Positions 10,533-19,350 of a stretch of DNA of 62,153 bases are shown in pieces. The stretch spans positions 1 through 62,153 of the forward strand of contig CAZAKQ010000002.1 in assembly GCA_964486155.1 (NCBI GenBank), read 5' to 3'. How positions within the stretch are numbered: the stretch's first letter is position 1; every line of letters starts with the position of its first letter. Source of the DNA: an uncultured Candidatus Saccharibacteria bacterium. GTDB lineage: Bacteria; Patescibacteriota; Minisyncoccia; Phycocordibacterales; UBA12079. Under the pieces are notes generated by a model that did not search any database, was not told the origin of the DNA, and saw only the letters and a program-made list of their open reading frames with translations. Both the position numbers and the translations under genes were made by a program.

Positions 10533-11420
10533 ATGATTTTTGAAAACTTTTTTGAAACTGTAGGGAAAACTCCAATAGTAAAATTCGATAAATATAAAGG
10601 AGCTGAAATTTTTATAAAACTGGAAGGTAACAATCCTTCTGGAAGTTTAAAGGACCGCTCTGCTAAAGCGATAATATTAGATAAAATAAAAAATAAAGAA
10701 TTAATAAAAGGAAAAACAATTCTTGATGCTTCAAGCGGAAGCTTTGCTTGTTCTATTGCTTACTTTGGAAAAATATTAGGATTTCCAGTAACGGTAGTTG
10801 CTAATTCTAAAATAACAGAAAGTAATAAATCTTTCTTAAAAATAATGGGAGCTAATATAATTTATCAAGGGAATGCTACTATTGAAGGAAATAAATACTG
10901 TACAGAATTAATAAATAAAGATTCTAATAAATACTGTTTCCTAGACCAACTAAACAATTGGAACAGTCCTAAAGCTCATTATAATACTACAGCTCCAGAA
11001 ATATTAAAAGATATACCTAATATCTGTGCAGTGGCTACTTCAATGGGTTCTGGAGCAACATTATGGGGGTTAAGTAAATATTTAAAAAAACATAAATCTG
11101 ATATAAAAATAATTACTTCCTATGCCAAAAAAGGATCTAAAATAGCAGGAACTTTTCTCGAAGGAACTGATTATAAATCTCCTTTTATCAAAGAGATTTG
11201 GAAAAATAATTGGATAGATCATATTGGTTATGTAAACTTTGAAGAAGCTTTAAAATCAGCTCAATATTTAGCTCAAAAAGGTTTTTTTGTAGGTCCTCAG
11301 ACAGGAGGAGTTTTAGTAGCAATGTATGAAGCTATTGATAAATTAAATATCCAAGGGAAAGTACTCATTATATCAGGAGATTCTGGATGGAAAAATTTAC
11401 ACAAGCTAGCATATCAATAA
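10533..11420 (+). CDS. PLP-dependent cysteine synthase family enzyme
   Basis: NPSGSLKDRSA lysine motif and a GxGGT-like loop (GPQTGG) of fold-type II PLP enzymes. Confidence 0.75.
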   Translation: MIFENFFETVGKTPIVKFDKYKGAEIFIKLEGNNPSGSLKDRSAKAIILDKIKNKELIKGKTILDASSGSFACSIAYFGKILGFPVTVVANSKITESNKSFLKIMGANIIYQGNATIEGNKYCTELINKDSNKYCFLDQLNNWNSPKAHYNTTAPEILKDIPNICAVATSMGSGATLWGLSKYLKKHKSDIKIITSYAKKGSKIAGTFLEGTDYKSPFIKEIWKNNWIDHIGYVNFEEALKSAQYLAQKGFFVGPQTGGVLVAMYEAIDKLNIQGKVLIISGDSGWKNLHKLAYQ

Positions 11421-13124
11421 TTATATTAATTTAGAAAACATTTTTTCAAAATTAATTAAATTCTTTCTATTCCAATTAACGTCATACCATAAAGATATAC
11501 TCAATAAACGTATTAAATTTAAACCCGGCTCTGGTAATTTGTTATAATTTTTTTTATATATTTCCCAATCAATTAAATTTTTTAATACTTCAGAAGTCTC
11601 TAAATAAGAAATGATATCTTGGTAATTTTCTTTAAACCAATCATTATAATGAACAACCAAAGATCTAGCTTTATTTTTATAAAGCTTATCTTCTACATAA
11701 GGCTCAAAAACATCTCTTATTAATTGTTTATTCCAATTATTTTTTTTTCTAAAAACATCTGAGGTTTTAAATATCTTTTTAATAACATTTATTGAATCAA
11801 AAGGTATTATTGAATTGACTAAATATTTTTTAGATAAAATGTTTAAAGTCTGGGTTTGTAAATAATTCACCCAACTATAAAAATAAAAAATAACAATTTT
11901 ATCAACAAGACCTATTGATGACAACTTCATTATATTGTTCATCTTAGATATATATGAATCTAAAAAAGATTCATTTTTATTTTTAAAAATAAATTCTTCT
12001 CTTTCTCTAAGAGTTCCTCTCGCATAAATAAATCTTTTAGGCCAATTGTTAACAGCAAGAAGAAATGCTAATTGATTTTCAGAAACCAAATTTAATTTTC
12101 CAAGTATTCGATATATGCATGTTAGAATAACAGAAGGAATAATTTTTTCTATTTTACTTAAAATATCAGACGCCTTAGATATTTTTAAATTTCCCAATAA
12201 CATTTCAGCTCCGAAACCAAAAACGACATCAGTAGAACCAATTTTTTTTGCTTTTTCTAAAATAAGACTATTAGGAATGATAAAACTTCCTTCTATAGGT
12301 TGATTAAGACCTTTTGAAACTTGAATTATTTTTTCTATATCATTTATCTTTGGATAAATTTCATAATTTATAGATTTATTATATATAGCTGTTCTTCTAG
12401 AACTTTTTAAATCGAACGAATTTGGGCCATATGCACCCACAGTAATAGAGGAAGCTGGTTTAGTGCTAATAGACTTTAACATTCCAAGCAATCCTCCTGA
12501 ATCAATTCCTCCCGATAAAGAGACAGTTGGAATTTTATCTTTTACTTTAACAAGATTATCTAATAAAGCTTTTCTAATATCTATTATTAAATCTTTATAT
12601 TTTTTTTCTTTATTTTCAAATAATTTGTGAATATTCCAATAATTATTAATTTTCATATTAAGAGTTTCCAGATGAATCTCTAAATAACTAGCGATAGGAA
12701 CAGACACAACTTTCTTATAAATAGTTCTTGGAGGAATAATACTCTGGAAAAAGAGTAGTTCCTTCAGTGCTTCTTGATTAATTTTAGGTTCTATATTTTT
12801 CTTTTTAAAAAAAGAGACTATGTCATTTGTAATAATATTATTATTGTCTTTTTCAAAACAATAAATTTCATTACTACCAAATTTATCATTAAAAGCTAAA
12901 AACTTATTATTTTTAGGGTCAAAGATGAATAATAAAAAATGGTCAAAATTTCCTTCATCAAAAAAAGTTACTAATTTATTCTCAAAATATTTATTAATAA
13001 TAATATCGATATTTTCTTTAGTTAATCCATCATAAAAAAAAGATACTTCTCTAAAATCTTTTTGAATTAAATTTTCGGCAACTAAATCCAATTTTTTATT
13101 TTTTAAAACAAACCTATATTTCAT
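11421..13124 (-). CDS. asparagine synthetase-like PP-loop amidotransferase (no N-terminal Cys nucleophile)
   Basis: PP-loop SLSGGIDSGG. The N terminus MKYRF lacks the Cys2 of class-II glutaminases. Confidence 0.7.
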   Translation of the reverse strand: MKYRFVLKNKKLDLVAENLIQKDFREVSFFYDGLTKENIDIIINKYFENKLVTFFDEGNFDHFLLFIFDPKNNKFLAFNDKFGSNEIYCFEKDNNNIITNDIVSFFKKKNIEPKINQEALKELLFFQSIIPPRTIYKKVVSVPIASYLEIHLETLNMKINNYWNIHKLFENKEKKYKDLIIDIRKALLDNLVKVKDKIPTVSLSGGIDSGGLLGMLKSISTKPASSITVGAYGPNSFDLKSSRRTAIYNKSINYEIYPKINDIEKIIQVSKGLNQPIEGSFIIPNSLILEKAKKIGSTDVVFGFGAEMLLGNLKISKASDILSKIEKIIPSVILTCIYRILGKLNLVSENQLAFLLAVNNWPKRFIYARGTLREREEFIFKNKNESFLDSYISKMNNIMKLSSIGLVDKIVIFYFYSWVNYLQTQTLNILSKKYLVNSIIPFDSINVIKKIFKTSDVFRKKNNWNKQLIRDVFEPYVEDKLYKNKARSLVVHYNDWFKENYQDIISYLETSEVLKNLIDWEIYKKNYNKLPEPGLNLIRLLSISLWYDVNWNRKNLINFEKMFSKLI

Positions 13125-13227
13125 GATATTAAATAATTACTTTATTTTTTAGCGTAAACATAATACCCAGCTGTTGTTGTTCTTACTTTAGCATTCAATA
13201 ACTTATCTAAATTATTTGAAACTAAAT

Positions 13228-13734
13228 TTAAAAAAAACGTATCCTGTTTTGTTTTGGAAAGAAAAATGAAAGAGCCTTAAAATAACCTCCACGTTTTTCT
13301 ATCTCAACCTCTTTAAAGTCCTTAAACAATAAGCTAATCGTATCATCAAAAAATCTCCAATAATCTGGATAAGTACCTTTTTTTGCATGATATGGATAAA
13401 TAGATGGAATATAAACAAAAATTTTTCCGTTTTTTTTCAATATCCTTCTCATTTCTTTCACTGCTTTTATCGGATTTTCTACATGCTCTAACACAGAACT
13501 GCAAATAATAGCATCCACACTGTTATTAATCAATGGAATATCATGAATGTCTCCCACTAAATCGGCACCAATTGAATTATCATAATCCATAATTTTAAAA
13601 TCACAATTTTTAAACAAATGCTTATATTCTTTAAGCCATTTTTGGAATCTTTTCCCTCCTCCAACATCAAGAATTATTTTTTCTTGACTTATTTCTTTAA
13701 TTTTTTTATCTATAAATATTTTAGAAGATTTCAT
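13228..13734 (-). CDS. class I SAM-dependent methyltransferase (possibly frameshifted at its 3' end)
   Basis: ILDVGGG motif I. The ORF stops inside an 8-nt homopolymer, and the adjacent frame continues to 13142. Confidence 0.7.
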   Translation of the reverse strand: MKSSKIFIDKKIKEISQEKIILDVGGGKRFQKWLKEYKHLFKNCDFKIMDYDNSIGADLVGDIHDIPLINNSVDAIICSSVLEHVENPIKAVKEMRRILKKNGKIFVYIPSIYPYHAKKGTYPDYWRFFDDTISLLFKDFKEVEIEKRGGYFKALSFFFPKQNRIRFF

Positions 13735-13768
13735 ATGTATATATAAATTTTAATTGATAAGAATAAAT

Positions 13769-14410
13769 CTATTTTTTATTTTTAACTTTAAATAAAAATG
13801 AAAACGAAAACATTCCAGGCCAAAATTTATCTAACCAGGCATATTTTCCTAAAGGATAAATTTTTACATCTTCAAAATATTTTTCTAAAATTTGCTTAAA
13901 TTCTTTATAAGAAAAATGGTTAATATGGGTAGGATCTTCTAAAGGAGTTCCTTGTTTTATTCCGAAAAATAATCTTATTCGATTCATTAAAGAAAAAGCA
14001 TTAGGGATAGAACCTAAAAAAACTCCATCTGATTTCAAAACTTTGGTTATTTTCTTTATTATATCTTCTGGATAATATAAATGTTCTAAAACCTCACCTG
14101 CTACCACAACATCAAAATCTCTAGTTAAATTCCAATCATCATATAAATTTAAAGTTTGAGTTTTTATTCCTAAATTATTTTTAGCAATTTCTAAAGCTTC
14201 TTCATCTATGTCTACACCTAAAATCTCATTATTTTTATAATAAGTCTCTGTTAAAACTCCATCGCGACATCCAATATCCAAAACTTTTTTATTTACTCCT
14301 ATTTTTTCTTTTAAGAAATTACCTCTTTCATCTTTTAACAAAGACATTCCGCGTCTACCTCCTTTTTTATGATGTTCTTTATAAATTGTGTTTAATTCTT
14401 TATTTTTCAT
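13769..14410 (-). CDS. class I SAM-dependent methyltransferase
   Basis: VLDIGCRDG motif I and a DVVVAGEVLEH motif. Confidence 0.75.
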   Translation of the reverse strand: MKNKELNTIYKEHHKKGGRRGMSLLKDERGNFLKEKIGVNKKVLDIGCRDGVLTETYYKNNEILGVDIDEEALEIAKNNLGIKTQTLNLYDDWNLTRDFDVVVAGEVLEHLYYPEDIIKKITKVLKSDGVFLGSIPNAFSLMNRIRLFFGIKQGTPLEDPTHINHFSYKEFKQILEKYFEDVKIYPLGKYAWLDKFWPGMFSFSFLFKVKNKK

Positions 14411-15537
14411 TATATTTTTTGATATATTCTTATTATTTTTTTAATTAAATTTTCTAAATTATGATCATCCATAATAATATCTCTTAATCTTTTACCAACT
14501 TTTATTTTTTCTTCTTCTGATAATTTAGAAAGATCATGTATCTTATCTATTAAATCTTTATTATCCTTTTTTTCAAAAAATAATTTATCAACATATTCTC
14601 TAAAAACTTCTTTAGAAGAATCATTACTTGATAATACTAACAATCCACAAGACATTGCTTCTAAAATAGCTTTATCTAAACTTCCTGTCTGGCTTGTATT
14701 AATAAACAAATCTGCTTTATGTAAGTAATTAATAATATTTTTATTAGGAACAGAGCCAACAAAGCTTATTTCTTTTTCTAAACCTTCTTTTTTAACTCTT
14801 TGTTTTAAATTTTCCAAATATTTTGTTTGATCAATTTTTCCTACTCCTCCAACAATGTCTAGTTTAACTTTTAATCCTTTTTCTTTTGAAATTTTTATCG
14901 AATCAATCAAAGTATCATAATCTTTAATTGGAGAAATTCTACCAACAGTTATAATTTTAAATACATTTTCTTTAAAATTATTATCTTTTCTATAAAATTG
15001 ATCTATATTGATTCCATGCCCTGTAATATTTAATTTTTTAGTTTTTATACGAAATGATTCTGGAGTAGCTGAAAAAATAGTGTGAGTTAATTTTTCAGCT
15101 ATTCGTAACTTTAAATCAACAGATTTATGCATATACCACAAACCAATTTTCTTTTGCCATAATCGCCACAAAATGCCCCCTAAAACAATATATTCTGGGT
15201 TCATATGTACAAAAACATTATCGTAATTATGTCTTTCAGTCCAAATATATTTGTAAAAATTTTTTATATATAAAAATTTCTTGAAAATTGAATCATTGAA
15301 AATTGATTGAGAATTGAAAATTGAAAACCTGCCTGCCGGCGAGGTAGGTTGAAAATTATCCTGTTCTTTTCCTAAGGAAAGAACTTTAACATTATTAGGC
15401 AAAGCATATTCTCCCACCTCTAAAGCTATTACTGTAATTTTTTCACAATGCTTGGCAAATTCAGCTACCCAACCATGAAAAAAACCAAGGATATCATCAT
15501 TTTTATTTATTTTTTGTGTTAATATCAATAATTTCAT
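14410..15537 (-). CDS. glycosyltransferase family 1/4 (carries an in-frame repeat insertion)
   Basis: GT-B C-terminal motifs (INTSQTGSLDKAILEAMSCGL). N terminus MKLLILTQK. Confidence 0.8.
   Translation of the reverse strand: MKLLILTQKINKNDDILGFFHGWVAEFAKHCEKITVIALEVGEYALPNNVKVLSLGKEQDNFQPTSPAGRFSIFNSQSIFNDSIFKKFLYIKNFYKYIWTERHNYDNVFVHMNPEYIVLGGILWRLWQKKIGLWYMHKSVDLKLRIAEKLTHTIFSATPESFRIKTKKLNITGHGINIDQFYRKDNNFKENVFKIITVGRISPIKDYDTLIDSIKISKEKGLKVKLDIVGGVGKIDQTKYLENLKQRVKKEGLEKEISFVGSVPNKNIINYLHKADLFINTSQTGSLDKAILEAMSCGLLVLSSNDSSKEVFREYVDKLFFEKKDNKDLIDKIHDLSKLSEEEKIKVGKRLRDIIMDDHNLENLIKKIIRIYQKI
15281..15355. repeat. palindrome-bearing repeat inserted in frame in the glycosyltransferase ORF
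   Basis: gaaaattga/gagaattga word run plus a GC hairpin acctgcctgccggcgaggtaggt (15327-15349). Same building blocks as intergenic repeats elsewhere in the window. Confidence 0.6.
15497..15537. repeat. 41-bp perfect direct repeat, copy 1 (5' end of the GT gene)
   Basis: tcatttttatttattttttgtgttaatatcaataatttcat is identical to 16128-16168. Confidence 0.95.
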
Positions 15538-15600
15538 TTGACTTTTTTTTTATATAGTATACTATAGTAGTAATCATTATAAAAAGCGTCGCCAACCGGG

Positions 15601-16131
15601 TTAGTCCAAAGGTTGGCGCTTTTTGTTTTCATCTTTTTCTTTTTCTATAAAATGCTTAATATCAATCAGATATTTTATAGTTTTCTTCCAACCACAAGCT
15701 TTTCTTAACAAAAAAGAAGTTTTCTTTCTATTTGGACTTAAAACAACCTTAAATTTAACCTTATCTTCTAAATAGTTAACTAAACTAGCAAAATCTCCAT
15801 CACTTGTAATCAAAATAGCTTTGTCGTATTCTAATAAAAGATCAACAGTTGTTAGAGTTAAATCAACATCAACATTACCTTTTGGTTTCTCATTTTTATC
15901 TTGAGAAATTTCTTTAAAAATAATTTCAAAACCAGCATTTTCCAACAAAGAATAAAATTTTTCATTTTCTTCTATATATCCAATAAACCAAAAAGCTTTA
16001 TTAACTTTATATTTATCTTTTAAATAAATTCTCAGTTTAAAAACATCAACAGCCCAACCATCATCTTTTGTTCCAAGGTATAAATTTTGAGCATCTATAA
16101 ATGCATAATTATTCTCTCTATTTTTCCTCAT
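15601..16131 (-). CDS. NYN-domain (LabA/PIN-like) putative ribonuclease
   Basis: N-terminal YAFIDAQNLY and ILITSDGDF motifs typical of NYN/LabA domains. Confidence 0.75.
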   Translation of the reverse strand: MRKNRENNYAFIDAQNLYLGTKDDGWAVDVFKLRIYLKDKYKVNKAFWFIGYIEENEKFYSLLENAGFEIIFKEISQDKNEKPKGNVDVDLTLTTVDLLLEYDKAILITSDGDFASLVNYLEDKVKFKVVLSPNRKKTSFLLRKACGWKKTIKYLIDIKHFIEKEKDENKKRQPLD

Positions 16132-16168
16132 TTTTATTTATTTTTTGTGTTAATATCAATAATTTCAT
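16128..16168. repeat. 41-bp perfect direct repeat, copy 2
   Basis: Identical to 15497-15537. Contains the NYN start codon. Confidence 0.95.
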
Positions 16169-16224
16169 AACCTTATAATTTCATTACACTGACCCCAACT
16201 TGGAAGCTCGGCTTCCAAGTGATA

Positions 16225-17343
16225 TTAATTATTTATTGTTTTACTCCATCCTCTTTGAATCAAAGCTAAATTTTCATTTCTAGATTGTGGAATTTTTTCT
16301 ATAAAATCTTTATAAGCCTTAGTTTTTAATTCTTCCAACAATTCCGGATGTTGTTGAGCATTTTTAATACTTTCTGAAAAACATTTTTTATCACCTACAT
16401 CACACAATAAAGCGTTATTTCCTCTTAAAACTTCTCCTACTATACCTACCTTTGTTGTTAAGATAGGACAACGAGAAACAATAGCTTCAACTAACGCTAA
16501 TCCATATCCTTCATAATTAGAAGCTGATAAAAATAAATCTGCTGTTTTGTAGTAAGAAATTGGATCATCAGTCCAACTTTTAAAAATAATATTTTCTTCT
16601 AAGCCTTTTCTTCTGGCTAATTTCCTTAAATTTTTTCTTTGAGAACCACTTCCTACTATTATTAAACCCGTCTTGGGAAAAACTTTAACAATATCTTTCA
16701 TAGCTGAAATAATTAAGGAAATATTTTTTTCATCTTCTAAACGACTCATTGTTAAAGCTATAAATTTAAATTGAGGATATTTTTCTTTTAAAGAAAAACT
16801 TGGAACAGTCGCCTGAATCAAACTTACACTAGTAAAAATAGGAATTACAGAGATAGCTTTTCTTTGGATATTTCTAGGTAAAGATTGTTTAATTCTTTTA
16901 GAAACAACTCTTATATGATCTGCCTTAGATAAAAGAAATCTAGCTATAAAAGATCTTATTCTATTTAAGAAAGAGTGTTTTACAAAATATTTATTAAACA
17001 AATCTGTATGAATTTGTAATTCCAATTTAATTTTCAATTTCTTAGCAATTCTCCAAGCTATAAATCCTATTTCATAAGCATCTTGAGCAGATACTAAATC
17101 TACTCGGTCTAAATCAAAAGCTATCTTTTTAGCATCTCTAATATATGAAAATTTATTTTTTGAATTAGTAGGATGTAAATGAACATTAGCACTAATTTTT
17201 GTTTTATTAAAAGATTCATTTTCTTTATTTAAAACAATTACATCTATTCTATCAACTAACATTCCATAATTAAATAAGCGATTACGTACATCACTATTTT
17301 CTTCAAATAATTTACGATCTGTACTAATAATTAAAATATTCAT
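16225..17343 (-). CDS. glycosyltransferase family 1
   Basis: GT-B fold motifs (LSASNYEGYGLALVEAIVSRCPILTT). Confidence 0.8.
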   Translation of the reverse strand: MNILIISTDRKLFEENSDVRNRLFNYGMLVDRIDVIVLNKENESFNKTKISANVHLHPTNSKNKFSYIRDAKKIAFDLDRVDLVSAQDAYEIGFIAWRIAKKLKIKLELQIHTDLFNKYFVKHSFLNRIRSFIARFLLSKADHIRVVSKRIKQSLPRNIQRKAISVIPIFTSVSLIQATVPSFSLKEKYPQFKFIALTMSRLEDEKNISLIISAMKDIVKVFPKTGLIIVGSGSQRKNLRKLARRKGLEENIIFKSWTDDPISYYKTADLFLSASNYEGYGLALVEAIVSRCPILTTKVGIVGEVLRGNNALLCDVGDKKCFSESIKNAQQHPELLEELKTKAYKDFIEKIPQSRNENLALIQRGWSKTINN

Positions 17344-17463
17344 CCCGTTAGAGATAGTTTGTCAGAGACAAACTATCTCGAATTAAATTAATAACTTTTT
17401 GTTTCCGTTTTATCTATACTAATAATAAATATTTATTCTCACCAAATCTCTAACGGAATTCAT
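17342..17463 (-). promoter_or_regulatory. leader cassette copy a: mini-ORF plus arm abutting the GT start codon
   Basis: Distal ATGAATTCCGTTAGAGAT opens MNSVRDLVRINIYY* (17463..17419). Proximal ATCTCTAACGGGATG ends at the start codon at 17343. Confidence 0.6.
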
Positions 17464-17552
17464 TGTCTTTAGTATATCAAAAACATAGATGAAAAGCTTT
17501 ACCTTTTTATCTGAGTTTTAATACCTGTCCGCCTCAGGCGGGTTTTTAAACC

Positions 17553-18644
17553 CTAATATTTTAATATTTGAACTAAATTATCTAGAGTTTTTTCTATAGA
17601 AAATTGCTTAGATTTATTAAAAGCATTTTGAGTTATCTTTTTTCTAAATTCATCATTCCCTAGAATCTTTATTATCGCACTTAATATTTGCTCTTTGTTA
17701 TTAGGCTTAATTAAAATTCCATCCATATTATCCTGAATTAATTCAGGATTACCTCCAATGTTGGTTGTAATAATTGGAACTTTTAACTTAGCTACTTCAA
17801 TTAATTGATGAGCAAAACCTTCATATTGTGTATTTAAGATAAAAATATTAACTTTTTTAATTAATTTTAAAACTTTTTCTCTCTCCAATTTACCTATTAA
17901 AAAAACTTTGTCTTTTAAATCTAAAATTTTAATTATTTTCTCTAGTTCTTCTCGTTGTGGGCCTTCTCCTACTATTTTCAATTTCAAATTAGGATAATAT
18001 TTTAGAATTTCAGGCATACTTTTAATCAAAACATCAAAACCTTTCCAAGGAACTAATCTCCCTACCGACAATAGCACTTTTTTATCACTTGGGGGTAGCA
18101 CCCCCAAGTCTTTAGAAAGTTCTATTCCGTTATAGATTACTTTAATTTTTTCTGACTCTATTCCCCAATTTTCAATTATTCCCTTAAAATATTTACTTGG
18201 TACTATTATAGACTCAGCAGTAGAAGCTACTTTTTTTTGAATCTTTTTTAAAATTTTAACTTTCCAATTATATTTACTATATTCTAAACAAAAATCATCT
18301 AAATTATCTTTAACTCCAAATCTCTGCACTCCTTGTTCCCAAGCATAGTCTCCAGCCACCCGTATTAAAAATCTTTTTTTTAAAATCTTATTAGCCAACA
18401 TAGTTGGTAAACCTACACTTACAGGATCTTGGGCATAAATAATATCTACTCTCTTAGATCTTTTTAAAATTTTGAAGAAATAAACAAAATGCCTAATTAT
18501 TTTAGGTAAATAACGCACTTCTCCAAAAGGCAAAACCTCCACTTTTATTCCTCTTTCTGGTAATTTATCAAAAAGCAACTTTGAGTAAGTTGCAGGTCCT
18601 CCAATATCTGGCGGATATATCCCTGTAGTAATTAATATTTTCAT
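17553..18644 (-). CDS. glycosyltransferase family 4
   Basis: MKILITTGIYPPDIGGPATY N terminus and an EGFAHQLIEVAKLKVPIITT motif. Confidence 0.85.
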   Translation of the reverse strand: MKILITTGIYPPDIGGPATYSKLLFDKLPERGIKVEVLPFGEVRYLPKIIRHFVYFFKILKRSKRVDIIYAQDPVSVGLPTMLANKILKKRFLIRVAGDYAWEQGVQRFGVKDNLDDFCLEYSKYNWKVKILKKIQKKVASTAESIIVPSKYFKGIIENWGIESEKIKVIYNGIELSKDLGVLPPSDKKVLLSVGRLVPWKGFDVLIKSMPEILKYYPNLKLKIVGEGPQREELEKIIKILDLKDKVFLIGKLEREKVLKLIKKVNIFILNTQYEGFAHQLIEVAKLKVPIITTNIGGNPELIQDNMDGILIKPNNKEQILSAIIKILGNDEFRKKITQNAFNKSKQFSIEKTLDNLVQILKY

Positions 18645-18703
18645 CTCTCTATTATACCAAAAAAGCCTTAAATTATAAGTGATATTATGCTAAACTGAGT
18701 TTT

Positions 18704-18806
18704 ATGAATCCCGTTAGATATTGTAACTTTTTTCACAAATAACGGAATTTTAAATTTAGGTAAACTACAATATGCAAAAAGAAAGAAAAAAAATCTCTAA
18801 CGGGAT
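18704..18806 (+). promoter_or_regulatory. leader cassette copy b
   Basis: Distal ATGAATCCCGTTAGATAT opens MNPVRYCNFFHK* (18704..18742). Proximal ATCTCTAACGGGATG ends at ATG 18805. Confidence 0.6.
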
Positions 18807-19350
18807 GAAAATTATTATTACAGCGCCACTTTTTCCTCCTGAAATCACAATTGGATCCATCTATATAAAAAAATTAGCTCAAACTTTAAAAGAAGTTGAC
18901 TTCAAAATTCAAGTCTTAACATATTCTATATTTCCTGAAAAGATAAATGGGGTTAAAATAACCAAAGTAAACAAACAATTACCTTTACCAATTCGTTTAA
19001 TAGTTTTTACTTTTAAATTATGGAAACTAGCAAGAAAAAATGATGTTATTTTTTCTCAAAACGGAGCTTCTGTAGAGTTTCCAATCTTTCTAATGTCAAA
19101 ATTAATTAAAAAACCTTACATCATATATATTAGTGATAAAAAAGCTTTTAATTATACTAAAGATAAAATCCTGTTAAATTATATTCAAAGAAAAACTTTT
19201 AAAAAAGCGTTCCAAATAATCAAAGATATTCCTGATCCAAAACCAGAAGTAACTCCTTTTGATAATAAAATTAAAGATAAGATAAACTTATATAAAAATT
19301 CATGGGAAAAACATATTAAATATATAAAAAAAATCTTAAAAAATGCCTAA
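18805..19350 (+). CDS. glycosyltransferase N-terminal-domain-like protein
   Basis: MKIIITAPLFPPE start typical of GT4 N-domains, but the C-terminal domain is missing. The ORF track opens at 18772; the internal ATG at 18805 abuts the cassette arm. Confidence 0.5.
   Translation: MKIIITAPLFPPEITIGSIYIKKLAQTLKEVDFKIQVLTYSIFPEKINGVKITKVNKQLPLPIRLIVFTFKLWKLARKNDVIFSQNGASVEFPIFLMSKLIKKPYIIYISDKKAFNYTKDKILLNYIQRKTFKKAFQIIKDIPDPKPEVTPFDNKIKDKINLYKNSWEKHIKYIKKILKNA

Noticed and set aside
15541-15575. TATAGTATA(TA)CTATA palindromes (15552-15565, tandem at 30586-30622, related at 28101-28125) as specific operator sites
   Set aside because: They resemble -10-like TATA-rich promoter sequence in a very AT-rich genome. 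Three loosely similar occurrences are not enough to call a regulatory motif.
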